In this document: piece by piece, positions 18,333 to 27,230 of the stretch
Layout of the letters: each line of letters opens with the position of its first letter
Numbering within the stretch: the stretch's first letter is position 1
NCBI GenBank assembly: GCA_943359325.1
Contig: CALRHD010000001.1
Location: forward strand, 6,240-70,239
Length of the DNA: 64,000 nt
From: Candidatus Uhrbacteria bacterium
Lineage (GTDB): Bacteria > Patescibacteriota > Patescibacteriia > UBA9934
Reading direction: 5' to 3'
Position numbers and translations under genes: made by a program
The notes under the pieces: generated by a model
Databases searched by the model: none
The model's input: the letters and a program-made list of their open reading frames with translations, nothing else
Told to the model about the DNA's origin: nothing

Positions 18333-20396
18333 TTGTTGACCTCGCAGGTCATCTCGGCTACTATTCGCGCCATGAACATCTCCGAATTGGCGCGGAAGCT
18401 TCGCGTCCCCACAGAAGAACTGCGTAGCAAGCTCCCAGAGCTTGGTTTTGATATTGGTGGTAAGGCCATCAAAATCCCTGATCGCGACGTCGGTCGTATT
18501 CAGTATGCGTGGCAGGAAATGAAGAAACGCCAATACCTCCAAAAGAAAATGGAGGACCAGAAGGCGCGGCTTGAGCGCAAAGAAAAAGTGAAGACAGGCG
18601 ATGCTGAACACATTTTGTTGCCACCGATGATTACGGTTCGCGACTTTGCTGCTGCGCTCAATTTGCCGATCGCGAAAGTCATGCAGGAACTCATGCGGAG
18701 TGGCATTCTGGCGTCATTGAACGAACGTATCGACTTTGCCTCCGCAAGCATTGTCGCTGAGGATTTGGGGTTTATTGCGGAGCCGATGGGTGAAACGAAA
18801 AAGGAGGACGACTCGGGCGCACACCGTTTGGCCGATGTCATGGGGCTTGAGCAAAAAGAAGATCTTGTGCCGCGTGCGCCAGTTATTGTGGTTATGGGTC
18901 ACGTTGACCACGGAAAAACCATGTTGCTCGATACGATTCGTAAAACGCGCGTCATCGACACTGAGGCAGGGGGTATTACGCAACACATTGGTGCGTATCA
19001 AGCGGTGCGGAATGGTAGGGCGTTGACGTTCATTGACACTCCTGGCCACGAAGCGTTCACCGTCATGCGCAGTCGCGGTGCAAAAGTTGCGGACATTGCT
19101 ATTCTTGTTGTTGCTGCCGACGACGGTATTCAGCCGCAAACGCGTGAGGTGATCGACATTATCAAAGCTGCGCAACTGCCGTTCATTGTTGCAATAAACA
19201 AAATTGACAAGCCCGAGGCAAACGTGGAAAAGATCAAGGGTCAGCTCGCGGAATTCAGCATCGTTCCCGAAGACTGGGGCGGTACGACGATTTGCGTACC
19301 GATTTCCGCAAAAGCGAATACGAATATCGACCAACTGCTTGACATGCTCTTGCTGGTTGCGGACATGGAAAAAGAGCGACTTGTTGCAAACCCGAATCGC
19401 AAAGCAATCGGAACGACGATTGAAAGTCACGTCGACAAAGGGCAGGGGCCGGTAGCAACCGTGCTCGTGCAAACAGGAACACTGCGGGTTGGCGATACGC
19501 TTGGACTTCGTGGTGCAAATTATGGTCGCGTTCGTGCTATGAAGTCGTTCGACGGCAAGGATATTAAAGAGGCGCCACCGTCGACGCCTGTGAAAATTCT
19601 TGGTTTTAAAGAAGCGCCGTCAGTCGGAGATATTTTAGAGGTTCCCGAAAGCGCAGACAGCCTAGAAAAATTGCGTTTACAGCCGTCAAAGAGGTCGGGC
19701 GTTGAGGAATTGACCGTGAAGCATGCACAAAAAACCGAAGACGACGCTGAAAGTGAGGAGAAAAAGGTCATGTTGAATATTGTGGTGAAGGCCGACATGT
19801 TGGGTTCGCTCGAGGCGCTGCTTGGTATGCTTGAGAAGATCGACAATCCGTATGTGGGTATCGACATTGTGAGCAAGGGGCTTGGGAACGTGACCGACGC
19901 CGACGTGTTAAGCGCCGAAGCGGCAAATGCAGTCGTGTTCGGGTTTAACGTGAAAACCATGCCGATGGCGGCCGAATTGGCACGCGAAAAAGGTATTGCT
20001 ATCGAAGAGCATGCCGTGATTTATCGCCTGTTTGAAAGCGTGGTCGCACGCCTTAAAAAGTTATTGCCAGACGAAAAAGTCTACACCGAACTTGGTACGG
20101 CCGAAGTGCTCGCGCTTTTCAAAAAGACAGATAAGGGTCAGATTGTGGGCTGTAAAGTGCGCAAAGGAACGCTCAAGCCAGGGGCAACGATTCGCGTGCT
20201 TCGTGGTGGGCAAGTTATTGGTGAGGGTCGGCTCGAGGCATTGCAAAGTGGGAAGTCGTCGGTGAGCGATGTGCTCGCGGGGCAAGAATGTGGGTTGTCG
20301 TTCCTCGGAAAAACAAAAATGGAAGTGGGCGATACGCTTGAAGTATATAAAGAAGAATTGCAAGCACGCACTTTGGCAGTTGAGGGGGCGAAATAG
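18333..20396 (+). CDS. infB: translation initiation factor IF-2
   Basis: 687 aa with a TTG start. G-domain motifs [24 protein letters not shown], and a C-terminal beta-barrel domain. Confidence 0.95.
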   Translation: MLTSQVISATIRAMNISELARKLRVPTEELRSKLPELGFDIGGKAIKIPDRDVGRIQYAWQEMKKRQYLQKKMEDQKARLERKEKVKTGDAEHILLPPMITVRDFAAALNLPIAKVMQELMRSGILASLNERIDFASASIVAEDLGFIAEPMGETKKEDDSGAHRLADVMGLEQKEDLVPRAPVIVVMGHVDHGKTMLLDTIRKTRVIDTEAGGITQHIGAYQAVRNGRALTFIDTPGHEAFTVMRSRGAKVADIAILVVAADDGIQPQTREVIDIIKAAQLPFIVAINKIDKPEANVEKIKGQLAEFSIVPEDWGGTTICVPISAKANTNIDQLLDMLLLVADMEKERLVANPNRKAIGTTIESHVDKGQGPVATVLVQTGTLRVGDTLGLRGANYGRVRAMKSFDGKDIKEAPPSTPVKILGFKEAPSVGDILEVPESADSLEKLRLQPSKRSGVEELTVKHAQKTEDDAESEEKKVMLNIVVKADMLGSLEALLGMLEKIDNPYVGIDIVSKGLGNVTDADVLSAEAANAVVFGFNVKTMPMAAELAREKGIAIEEHAVIYRLFESVVARLKKLLPDEKVYTELGTAEVLALFKKTDKGQIVGCKVRKGTLKPGATIRVLRGGQVIGEGRLEALQSGKSSVSDVLAGQECGLSFLGKTKMEVGDTLEVYKEELQARTLAVEGAK

Positions 20397-20402
20397 GAGA
20401 TG

Positions 20403-20486
20403 GTGTAGGTTGTAGGGAGTAGGGAGTAGGTGGTAGTATGTGGTTTCGTGAGGTAGCCACTACACCCTACCTCCTACACCCTACCA
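20403..20486. repeat. inverted arrays of GTAGGNN heptads in infB-trxA spacer
   Basis: Left arm GTAGGTT GTAGGGA GTAGGGA GTAGGTG GTAG. After a spacer of about 25 nt, the right arm is the reverse complement of GTAGGGT GTAGGAG GTAGGGT GTAG. Confidence 0.7.
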
Positions 20487-20495
20487 GCCTATTTT

Positions 20496-20813
20496 ATGCC
20501 CCATATTGAATTGACCGACGATAACTTTGACGCCGCGATGACGCAGTCTGCAACGCCTGTGCTTGTCGACTTTTGGGCACCGTGGTGTGGGCCGTGTAAA
20601 CAGATGGGCCCGATTATTGACGACATCGCTGCGTCGACGCCGGCGCTCGCTGTTGGCAAGCTGAACGTCGATGAGCACCCTTCTGTCGCACAACGGTTCA
20701 ACATTCTTTCTATCCCAACATTTTTAGTGTTCAAGGGTGGGAGTGTTGTCGATCAGTTTTCGGGATCAATGAGCAAAGACGTTATGTTGGAACGGTTGGC
20801 GAGGCATCTTTAA
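20496..20813 (+). CDS. trxA: thioredoxin
   Basis: 105 aa with the WAPWCGPCK active site. Confidence 0.95.
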   Translation: MPHIELTDDNFDAAMTQSATPVLVDFWAPWCGPCKQMGPIIDDIAASTPALAVGKLNVDEHPSVAQRFNILSIPTFLVFKGGSVVDQFSGSMSKDVMLERLARHL

Positions 20814-20970
20814 TTTATATGTCGGGTTGACAAGGATTTACGAAAATGAAAGTATGTAGATACGCAGCAATGGTGCCATCATGGTATCTGCAATTGGTCT
20901 CACGATAGACTCCCTACGCTTAAAAAATTAAGCTGGGGAGTTTTTCGTTTATTCTGCCGAGCAGGATCTG

Positions 20971-21047
20971 GGGCCTGTGATGGTAATGGTTAACCATAGC
21001 TGCGTTGAGACCAGCAAATACGGGTTCAAATCCCGCCAGGTCCACCA
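20971..21047 (+). tRNA. tRNA, atypical (anticodon loop GUUGAGA; anticodon most likely UGA, Gln-UUG alternative)
   Basis: 77 nt. Acceptor GGGCCTG/CAGGTCC with one G-U pair, T-arm GGGTTCAAATCCCG, CCA encoded. The anticodon stem GCTGC/CCAGC has a C-C mismatch at its loop-proximal pair, and the variable loop is only 5 nt. Confidence 0.6.
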
Positions 21048-21171
21048 AAAGTGGAAAAGCTCGGCACCAAGCCAGTCCCGCTGTAACAGGCGGTATTTGG
21101 CGTTTTGATTTTGCGAGGGTGTTTGGTCGTGCTAAACTGTTCGAAGTCATTTTGTAGATAGTGAAAAAATT

Positions 21172-22098
21172 ATGCAGGCAAGAAAGGTAGCAATCATCGG
21201 CAGTGGGCCGGCGGGGTATACGGCGGCGATTTATGCGGCGCGGGCAGACTTGGCACCGACGATGTTTTTGGGATTGCAACCGGGAGGGCAGCTTACGTTG
21301 ACGAGTGACGTTGAAAATTGGCCGGGAGAAGCCGACGGTGTATTGGGTCCAGATTTGATGGAAAAATTAAAAAAACAGGCAGGGCGTTTTGGAACGACAT
21401 TCGTGGAAGACGAGATCGTTGCAGTTGATTTTTCACAGCGGCCGTTTGTATTAACGCAAGGGAAGGGCGGTACCGTGACGGCAGACGCAGTGATTATTGC
21501 GACCGGTGCATCGGCGCGGTGGCTCGGTATTCCGGGGGAGAAAGAATTTCAGGGGAAGGGCGTTTCGGCATGCGCAACGTGCGATGGGTTCTTCTTTCGC
21601 GACAAGAAAGTTGTGGTTGTAGGTGGAGGCGATAGCGCAATGGAGGAGGCGACGTTTCTCACGAAATTTGCGCGAGAAGTCGTGGTATTGGTGCGGAGCG
21701 ACAAATTGCGGGCGTCAAAAATTATGCAGGAGCGGGCGTTGAAGAATCCGAAGATCAGTTTTATGTGGTTTACGGAGCCAAAGGAGGTAGTAGGAGAAGG
21801 CAAAGTGACTGGTGTAAAGGTCGTCAATAGCCAGACGGGAGAAGAGTCATTGGTGTCGGCTGACGGTTTTTTTGTGGCGATTGGACACGAACCAAATACA
21901 AAAATTTTTGAAGGGAAGGTAGCACTCGACGTAAAACAATATATTATGCACGCTCCTGATTCGTCGAAAACGTCCGTAGAAGGGGTTTTTGCGTGTGGAG
22001 ACGTCATCGATGCACATTATCGGCAAGCAGTGACGGCGGCGGGGAGCGGGTGCATGGCGGCACTCGAGGCGGAGCGGTGGCTCGCGGTTCAAGAGTAG
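21172..22098 (+). CDS. trxB: thioredoxin reductase
   Basis: 308 aa. FAD site IIGSGPAGYTAAIYAAR, redox-active CATCDG, NADPH site GGGDSAMEEA. Confidence 0.95.
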   Translation: MQARKVAIIGSGPAGYTAAIYAARADLAPTMFLGLQPGGQLTLTSDVENWPGEADGVLGPDLMEKLKKQAGRFGTTFVEDEIVAVDFSQRPFVLTQGKGGTVTADAVIIATGASARWLGIPGEKEFQGKGVSACATCDGFFFRDKKVVVVGGGDSAMEEATFLTKFAREVVVLVRSDKLRASKIMQERALKNPKISFMWFTEPKEVVGEGKVTGVKVVNSQTGEESLVSADGFFVAIGHEPNTKIFEGKVALDVKQYIMHAPDSSKTSVEGVFACGDVIDAHYRQAVTAAGSGCMAALEAERWLAVQE

Positions 22099-22139
22099 GA
22101 AAAAATTGACTGCGCAGGCTTTTCCTGCTATGTTTCTCG

Positions 22140-22570
22140 TGTTCACGAATCGTTGCATTTGTTATGTAGAACGACTTGCGGGAGTTTTTCTGCTACATGT
22201 GTCAACGAAGTGTCAGTCCGAAGCAATTCTCGCGTCAACGCAACCCTCAACCCCGACGTGCGCTGCAGGTGGGTCGGTGAATGGCGGTACGATAAACCAG
22301 ATTTGCTCCTGGCACGGAGCACTCAAGGCTGCAAAAACCTTGAGTGCTCCAACCATTTACCTTTTGGAGAGGGAGTGCGGCGTGTAGGCTCGTCGAGTCT
22401 CCTAATGTACGACCGAACCGTGTGCACTCTGCGGACTCGTTGCCTCCTTCTCCATTTCATCAATGCGCTTTCGAGGCGTCCTAGAAACAGAGATACAATC
22501 AATCTCGTGGTTGGTCTCCGGTGGCCCTTCGACTTCTCGAGAGCGCACTTTTCTTCAACCGTTCGACGTC
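22140..22570 (-). ncRNA. candidate structured ncRNA (possibly reduced RNase P RNA) in ORF-poor 500-bp spacer
   Basis: There is no credible ORF here. A perfect 13-bp hairpin GGAGCACTCAAGG/CCTTGAGTGCTCC is present. On the minus strand, GAGGCAACGAGUCCGCAG is P4-5'-like, GUGCCAGGAGCAAA...UACCGCC resembles the GUGCCACAGAAA..ACCGCC region, and GGGGUUGAGGGUUGCGUUGACGCGAG resembles CR-IV GGGUGAAAGGGUGCGGUAAGAGCGC. A downstream CGGACU is complementary to AGUCCG. Confidence 0.3.
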
Positions 22571-22606
22571 CTTCGGGATGGCGGCGGTTTTTGTTTTTGT
22601 AAAAGA

Positions 22607-23497
22607 TCAGACCTTGCGCAGTTTTGCAACAAAAAACCCTTCGGCATCTTTGTTTGGGAGGAGCGTGACACTCTTATTTTTATGCACGACAATGGGTGCA
22701 AAAGGGAGGGTGACGAGTCCAGTTTTCATGAAAGGGTATTCCGCAAGGAGCCAGTCGACCATTTGTTCGTTTTCTGGAGGAGCAAGCGTACACGTTGAAT
22801 AGACGAGAATGCCGTTTGGTTTGAGGCAGGCAACGGCGGAGCGAAGCAGGCGACGTTGGAGTTTTGCGTGGGCGATGATATTTTTCTCCGACCAAAAACT
22901 GTAGCTACGTTTATTTTTGAGATCGATACGTCCTTCTGCGCTGCACGGGACGTCGGCAAGAATTTTGCTAAACGCTTCGGGCATCTCGTGGTGAAGAAGT
23001 GTAGCGTCGACATGCTTTGCCTCTACGTTTGCCGCGTCCTGAATACGAAGTGTGTTCACAAGTTTTTGAAAGCGGATTTCGTTTTCTTCGCATGCGACAA
23101 TGCGAGCTCCGACGCACATTGCTGCCATTTGCGACGTCTTACTGCCCGGAGCGGCACACATATCGAGCACCGTGTCACTTTGTTGCGGATCAAGCACAAT
23201 TGCGGGCAGCATGGACGTCAGCCCTTGCAGGTAAATATTGCCTTCTTTCGCAAGGCGATGGTCGAGCATTTCTGCACTGCTGCGGTTCTTGATGACGAAT
23301 GCGTGCGGAATCGTTTTGACGCGTTCAAACTGTATCGCCTCGTTGCGAAAAACCTGCATAACGGCGTCGTCGGTGGTTTTGAGTGTGTTGGCGCGGCATG
23401 TCGTTGGCCGTTCAACCTGAAACGCAACAAGAATGGCATTTGTTGCCCCTTTGCCGAATTGCCCGATAAGCCTATCCTCTAGTTCTTTTGGGAGCAT
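22607..23497 (-). CDS. rRNA cytosine-C5 methyltransferase, RsmB/RsmF (NOL1/NOP2/Sun) family
   Basis: 296 aa. SAM-binding DMCAAPGSKTSQMA, catalytic DVPCSAEG and TCTLAPPENE motifs. Confidence 0.8.
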   Translation of the reverse strand: MLPKELEDRLIGQFGKGATNAILVAFQVERPTTCRANTLKTTDDAVMQVFRNEAIQFERVKTIPHAFVIKNRSSAEMLDHRLAKEGNIYLQGLTSMLPAIVLDPQQSDTVLDMCAAPGSKTSQMAAMCVGARIVACEENEIRFQKLVNTLRIQDAANVEAKHVDATLLHHEMPEAFSKILADVPCSAEGRIDLKNKRSYSFWSEKNIIAHAKLQRRLLRSAVACLKPNGILVYSTCTLAPPENEQMVDWLLAEYPFMKTGLVTLPFAPIVVHKNKSVTLLPNKDAEGFFVAKLRKV

Positions 23498-23511
23498 ATG
23501 GGGAGTATGCC

Positions 23512-23558
23512 ACAGTGCCGAGCACTGACAACACCAGGCACTGTCAGTGCCTGGTGTT
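23512..23558. repeat. palindrome family copy A (small hairpin + 15-bp-arm perfect palindrome)
   Basis: CAGTGC-CGA-GCACTG at 23512-23526. Then CAACACCAGGCACTG-T-CAGTGCCTGGTGTTG at 23528-23558. It lies between the divergent rsmB-like gene (start 23497) and leuS (start 23608). Confidence 0.8.
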
Positions 23559-23607
23559 GGTTTCTGTCTGGCGTTTGGGGTCTTCTATCTGATACCATGA
23601 TCCTCGT

Positions 23608-25905
23608 ATGTCGTATGACCATCAGCGGATAGACAAAAAGTGGCAGAGTGCGTGGGAGAAGGCGGGGATTTTTCATGCAAAAGATGAGGATAGTCGCGAG
23701 AAGTTTTACGCGCTGGTTGAATTTCCGTACCCGTCCGGTGCTGGCCTCCACGTCGGCCATCCGCGGAGTTATACAGCGATGGACGTCATTGCACGAAAAA
23801 AGCGCATGGAAGGCAAAAACGTCCTTTTCCCCATGGGTTGGGATGCGTTTGGATTGCCTGCAGAGAATTACGCAATCAAAACAGGTGTACATCCTGCGAT
23901 TACGACAAAAGAAAACATCAACACATTTCGTCGCCAACTTCAATCTATTGGTTTTAGTTTTGACTGGTCACGCGAGTTCTCCACGACTGACCCCGCGTAT
24001 TACAAATGGACACAGTGGATGTTTTTGCAGTTTTTTAAAGCGGGGTTGGCGTACAAAGCAAAAGCAATGATCAATTGGTGTCCGAAAGACAAATGCGGTC
24101 TCGCAAACGAGGAAGTGATCGGGGGAAACTGTGAGCGGTGTGGCACACCTGTCGAAAAGCGGGAAAAAGAGCAGTGGATGATCGCTATCACAAAATACGC
24201 CGACCGCTTGCTTGCCGACCTTGATACCGTCGACTACCTGCCGAAAATTAAAAAGCAGCAACAGGACTGGATTGGGCGGAGTGAAGGGGCGGAGATAGAC
24301 TTTGATGACATAAAAGTTTTCACGACGCGCCCCGACACCATTCTCGGCGCCACGTTTGTGGTACTCGCTCCAGAGCATCCAATGGTTGGCGCGTTGACGA
24401 CGGACGGGTGCAGGGCGGAGGTGGAGGAATACATCGCATTGGTTTCAAAAAAAACTGACATTGAGCGTGGCGACGATACAAAAGAAAAAACAGGCGTGTT
24501 TACGGGCTCATTTGTCGTCAATCCTGCAAATAATGAAAAAGTGCCTGTGTGGATTGCGGATTACGTTGTCGTCAATTACGGCACAGGCGCGATTATGGCG
24601 GTGCCAGAGCATGATGAACGCGATCACGCTTTTGCCGAGAAATATGACTTGCCGATCGTCGATCGTCCTCTTTTGAGTTTTGACGAAGCTCTTAAAAAGA
24701 CTGGTGGACGCAAAAAAGTGACCTATAAGCTTCGTGACTGGGTGTTTTCGCGCCAGCGTTATTGGGGCGAGCCGATTCCTTTGGTGCATTGTGAGGATTG
24801 TGCTTCGACAGGTTCAGCACCTGACGGCTGGGTCGCGGTACCAGACGAGGATCTGCCCGTGCTGTTGCCTGACGTCAAAAAGTACGAGCCCACCGACAAC
24901 GGTGAGTCACCATTGTCGTCAATAAAAAGTTTCGTGAACACCAAATGTCCGAAGTGTGGCGGAGCAGCGACGCGGGAGACAGACACCATGCCTAATTGGG
25001 CAGGGAGCAGCTGGTATTTTCTACGCTACATAGACCCGAAGAACGACGAAGCATTTGCGTCGAAGGAAAAACTGAAACACTGGATGCCAGTTGATGTATA
25101 CAACGGTGGTATGGAGCATACGACGCTCCACCTGCTCTATTCGCGTTTTTGGAACAAATTTTTGTTCGACCAAGGATTTGTGACAACGTCTGAACCGTAT
25201 GCGCGGCGGCATAGTCATGGGTTAATCATGGCTGACGATGGGACGAAAATGTCAAAGTCAAAAGGCAACGTGGTGAATCCTGACGACATTGTGGCGGAGT
25301 TTGGCGCCGACACGTTCCGCATGTACATCATGTTTATGGGGCCGTTCGAAGAACCGGTGCCGTGGAGCACAAACGGCGTTGTTGGCGTGCGGCGGTTCCT
25401 CGACCGTGTCGCACGATTGCCAGAGATGATTGCAGAAACGGAAAACGCATCGGTTACAAAGGTGCTGCACAAAACAATCGCGAAAGTGACGAAGGACATC
25501 GACGACTTTAGTTTCAACACTGCAGTTGCCGCATACATGGCGTTTGTGAACGTCGTTTATGCATCAGGGAGAGTCACGAAACAGACAGTCGTTCAATTTC
25601 TGATGCTTCTCGCGCCGTTTGCGCCACATCTTGCGAACGAACTTTATGAAACGATCGGCGGGACCGGATTTGCGGAAGTACAGCCATGGCCTGTTTCCAA
25701 TGCTACACTCGCGGCCGATGACGAACTTACTATTGCCGTGCAAGTCAACGGGAAGCTCCGTGGTTCGATTGTTGTTTCTGCGGACATGAACGAAGCCGAC
25801 CTCATCGTCGCGGCAAAAGCCGAACCGAACGTCGCGAAGTACGTCATCGATGAACCAAAGAAGACAATTGTGGTGAAAGGGAAGATTGTGAATTTTGTGG
25901 TGTGA
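23608..25905 (+). CDS. leuS: leucyl-tRNA synthetase (short, 765 aa)
   Basis: HIGH motif (HVGHPRSY), KMSKS (TKMSKSKGNV) and a Zn knuckle CPKCG. It is shorter than typical LeuRS, which points to a reduced CP1 editing domain. Confidence 0.95.
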   Translation: MSYDHQRIDKKWQSAWEKAGIFHAKDEDSREKFYALVEFPYPSGAGLHVGHPRSYTAMDVIARKKRMEGKNVLFPMGWDAFGLPAENYAIKTGVHPAITTKENINTFRRQLQSIGFSFDWSREFSTTDPAYYKWTQWMFLQFFKAGLAYKAKAMINWCPKDKCGLANEEVIGGNCERCGTPVEKREKEQWMIAITKYADRLLADLDTVDYLPKIKKQQQDWIGRSEGAEIDFDDIKVFTTRPDTILGATFVVLAPEHPMVGALTTDGCRAEVEEYIALVSKKTDIERGDDTKEKTGVFTGSFVVNPANNEKVPVWIADYVVVNYGTGAIMAVPEHDERDHAFAEKYDLPIVDRPLLSFDEALKKTGGRKKVTYKLRDWVFSRQRYWGEPIPLVHCEDCASTGSAPDGWVAVPDEDLPVLLPDVKKYEPTDNGESPLSSIKSFVNTKCPKCGGAATRETDTMPNWAGSSWYFLRYIDPKNDEAFASKEKLKHWMPVDVYNGGMEHTTLHLLYSRFWNKFLFDQGFVTTSEPYARRHSHGLIMADDGTKMSKSKGNVVNPDDIVAEFGADTFRMYIMFMGPFEEPVPWSTNGVVGVRRFLDRVARLPEMIAETENASVTKVLHKTIAKVTKDIDDFSFNTAVAAYMAFVNVVYASGRVTKQTVVQFLMLLAPFAPHLANELYETIGGTGFAEVQPWPVSNATLAADDELTIAVQVNGKLRGSIVVSADMNEADLIVAAKAEPNVAKYVIDEPKKTIVVKGKIVNFVV

Positions 25906-27230
25906 TGAAATTCGTTTGGACGCTGTCGTGGGTGGGGAGTGCGGTGCTTGTTGCGATTATTGTGGCGGCGATTATTCGGATCCCGTTTTTTCATCCTGCG
26001 GCAGATTCGGTTGCGTTTTCGGTGGGGGAGCATCGTGTTGAGGGCAATGTTATTGACGTTGATCGCGGCGGAGAAACGGCAGGATTGACACTCGACATGG
26101 TCGACGTCGACGATGTCGCAAAGCGCAACCGCGTGCTTTTGCGCGCTCCTGTTGATCTTCTTCCGAACATTGGTGACCGTATTTCAGTATTTTGCACGCT
26201 CGAAGCTCCACAACCGTTCGACGGGTTTGCATACGACAAATTTTTAGCAATTCGCGACGTGTATGCGACGTGTCGAACGAACGACCTCCCGCTCCTCGTT
26301 CGTGCGAACGCTGACCACCGTGTATTGACGCAGCTTGCGAAAATTCGCGCAGGTTCGATAGCGACGATTCGCGCGGCACTTCCCGAACCGCAGGCGACGC
26401 TCCTCGCCGGATTGTTGCTTGGCGACGCAGGGTTCAGCACTGCATGGCGCGACCGATTTCTTGCAACAGGTACGTCGCATATTGTCGCGGCAAGCGGCTA
26501 CAACGTATCGATGGTTGTTAAGGTTCTGTTCGGTACGCTTATAATGTTCGGCCTGCGACGTCAGCGTGCATTTTGGATTCTGCTTGGCGCGATTGCCGTG
26601 TATGCCGTGTTCGCAGGACTTTCTGCCGCGGTGGTTCGTGCCGGCGTCATGGCGTCGATTATCTTGTTGACGCACCAACTCGGCCGCAAAACGTCGATGC
26701 GCAATATCGTGCTGCTCGCAGTCGCCGCGATGCTCACTATCGAGCCGCGTCTTCTGCTGTATGACGTCGGGTTTCAGCTTTCGGTTGTGTCGACAATCGC
26801 CCTCGTATGGGCTGCACCCATCATCGAAAAACGACTGCGCTGGATCCCCGAAGCGTATGCGCTCCGCGACATTATGGCGAGCACCATTGCCGCAACCGCA
26901 TGCACATTGCCTATCGTCATCATCAGTTTTGGTCAGGTGTCGCTTGTCGGTCCTTTCGTCAACCTGCTCGTGCTTCCTGTATTGCCGTTTGCGATGGCGT
27001 ATGGCGCGATAGGTTTTTGTTCGGGCGTAAAGATTTTTATGATTCCGGCGTGGGGGTTATTGTCGTATATGCTTGGCGTGATTCGTAGTGTCGCAATGAT
27101 TCCATTCGCTGTGGTGACGATTCCCATGGGCGGGCGTATCGCGGTCGCGATTATTGTTACTCTGTTTCTCATTTATTTATGGCGAACATTTTTCGTATTC
27201 AAAACTTCACACGACTCGCCGCTGCGATAA
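25902..27230 (+). CDS. comEC: competence protein ComEC/Rec2, membrane channel part (DUF4131 + competence domain)
   Basis: 442 aa. An N-terminal OB-like region is followed by a polytopic membrane domain carrying the ComEC signature GTSHIVAASGYNVSMV. Confidence 0.8.
   Translation: MMKFVWTLSWVGSAVLVAIIVAAIIRIPFFHPAADSVAFSVGEHRVEGNVIDVDRGGETAGLTLDMVDVDDVAKRNRVLLRAPVDLLPNIGDRISVFCTLEAPQPFDGFAYDKFLAIRDVYATCRTNDLPLLVRANADHRVLTQLAKIRAGSIATIRAALPEPQATLLAGLLLGDAGFSTAWRDRFLATGTSHIVAASGYNVSMVVKVLFGTLIMFGLRRQRAFWILLGAIAVYAVFAGLSAAVVRAGVMASIILLTHQLGRKTSMRNIVLLAVAAMLTIEPRLLLYDVGFQLSVVSTIALVWAAPIIEKRLRWIPEAYALRDIMASTIAATACTLPIVIISFGQVSLVGPFVNLLVLPVLPFAMAYGAIGFCSGVKIFMIPAWGLLSYMLGVIRSVAMIPFAVVTIPMGGRIAVAIIVTLFLIYLWRTFFVFKTSHDSPLR

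Noticed and set aside
20814-20970. Possible sigma70 promoter (TTGACA-N17-AAGTAT) upstream of the atypical tRNA
   Set aside because: The -35 is perfect but the -10 is poor, and alternatives exist. It is too weak to annotate as a feature without TSS data.
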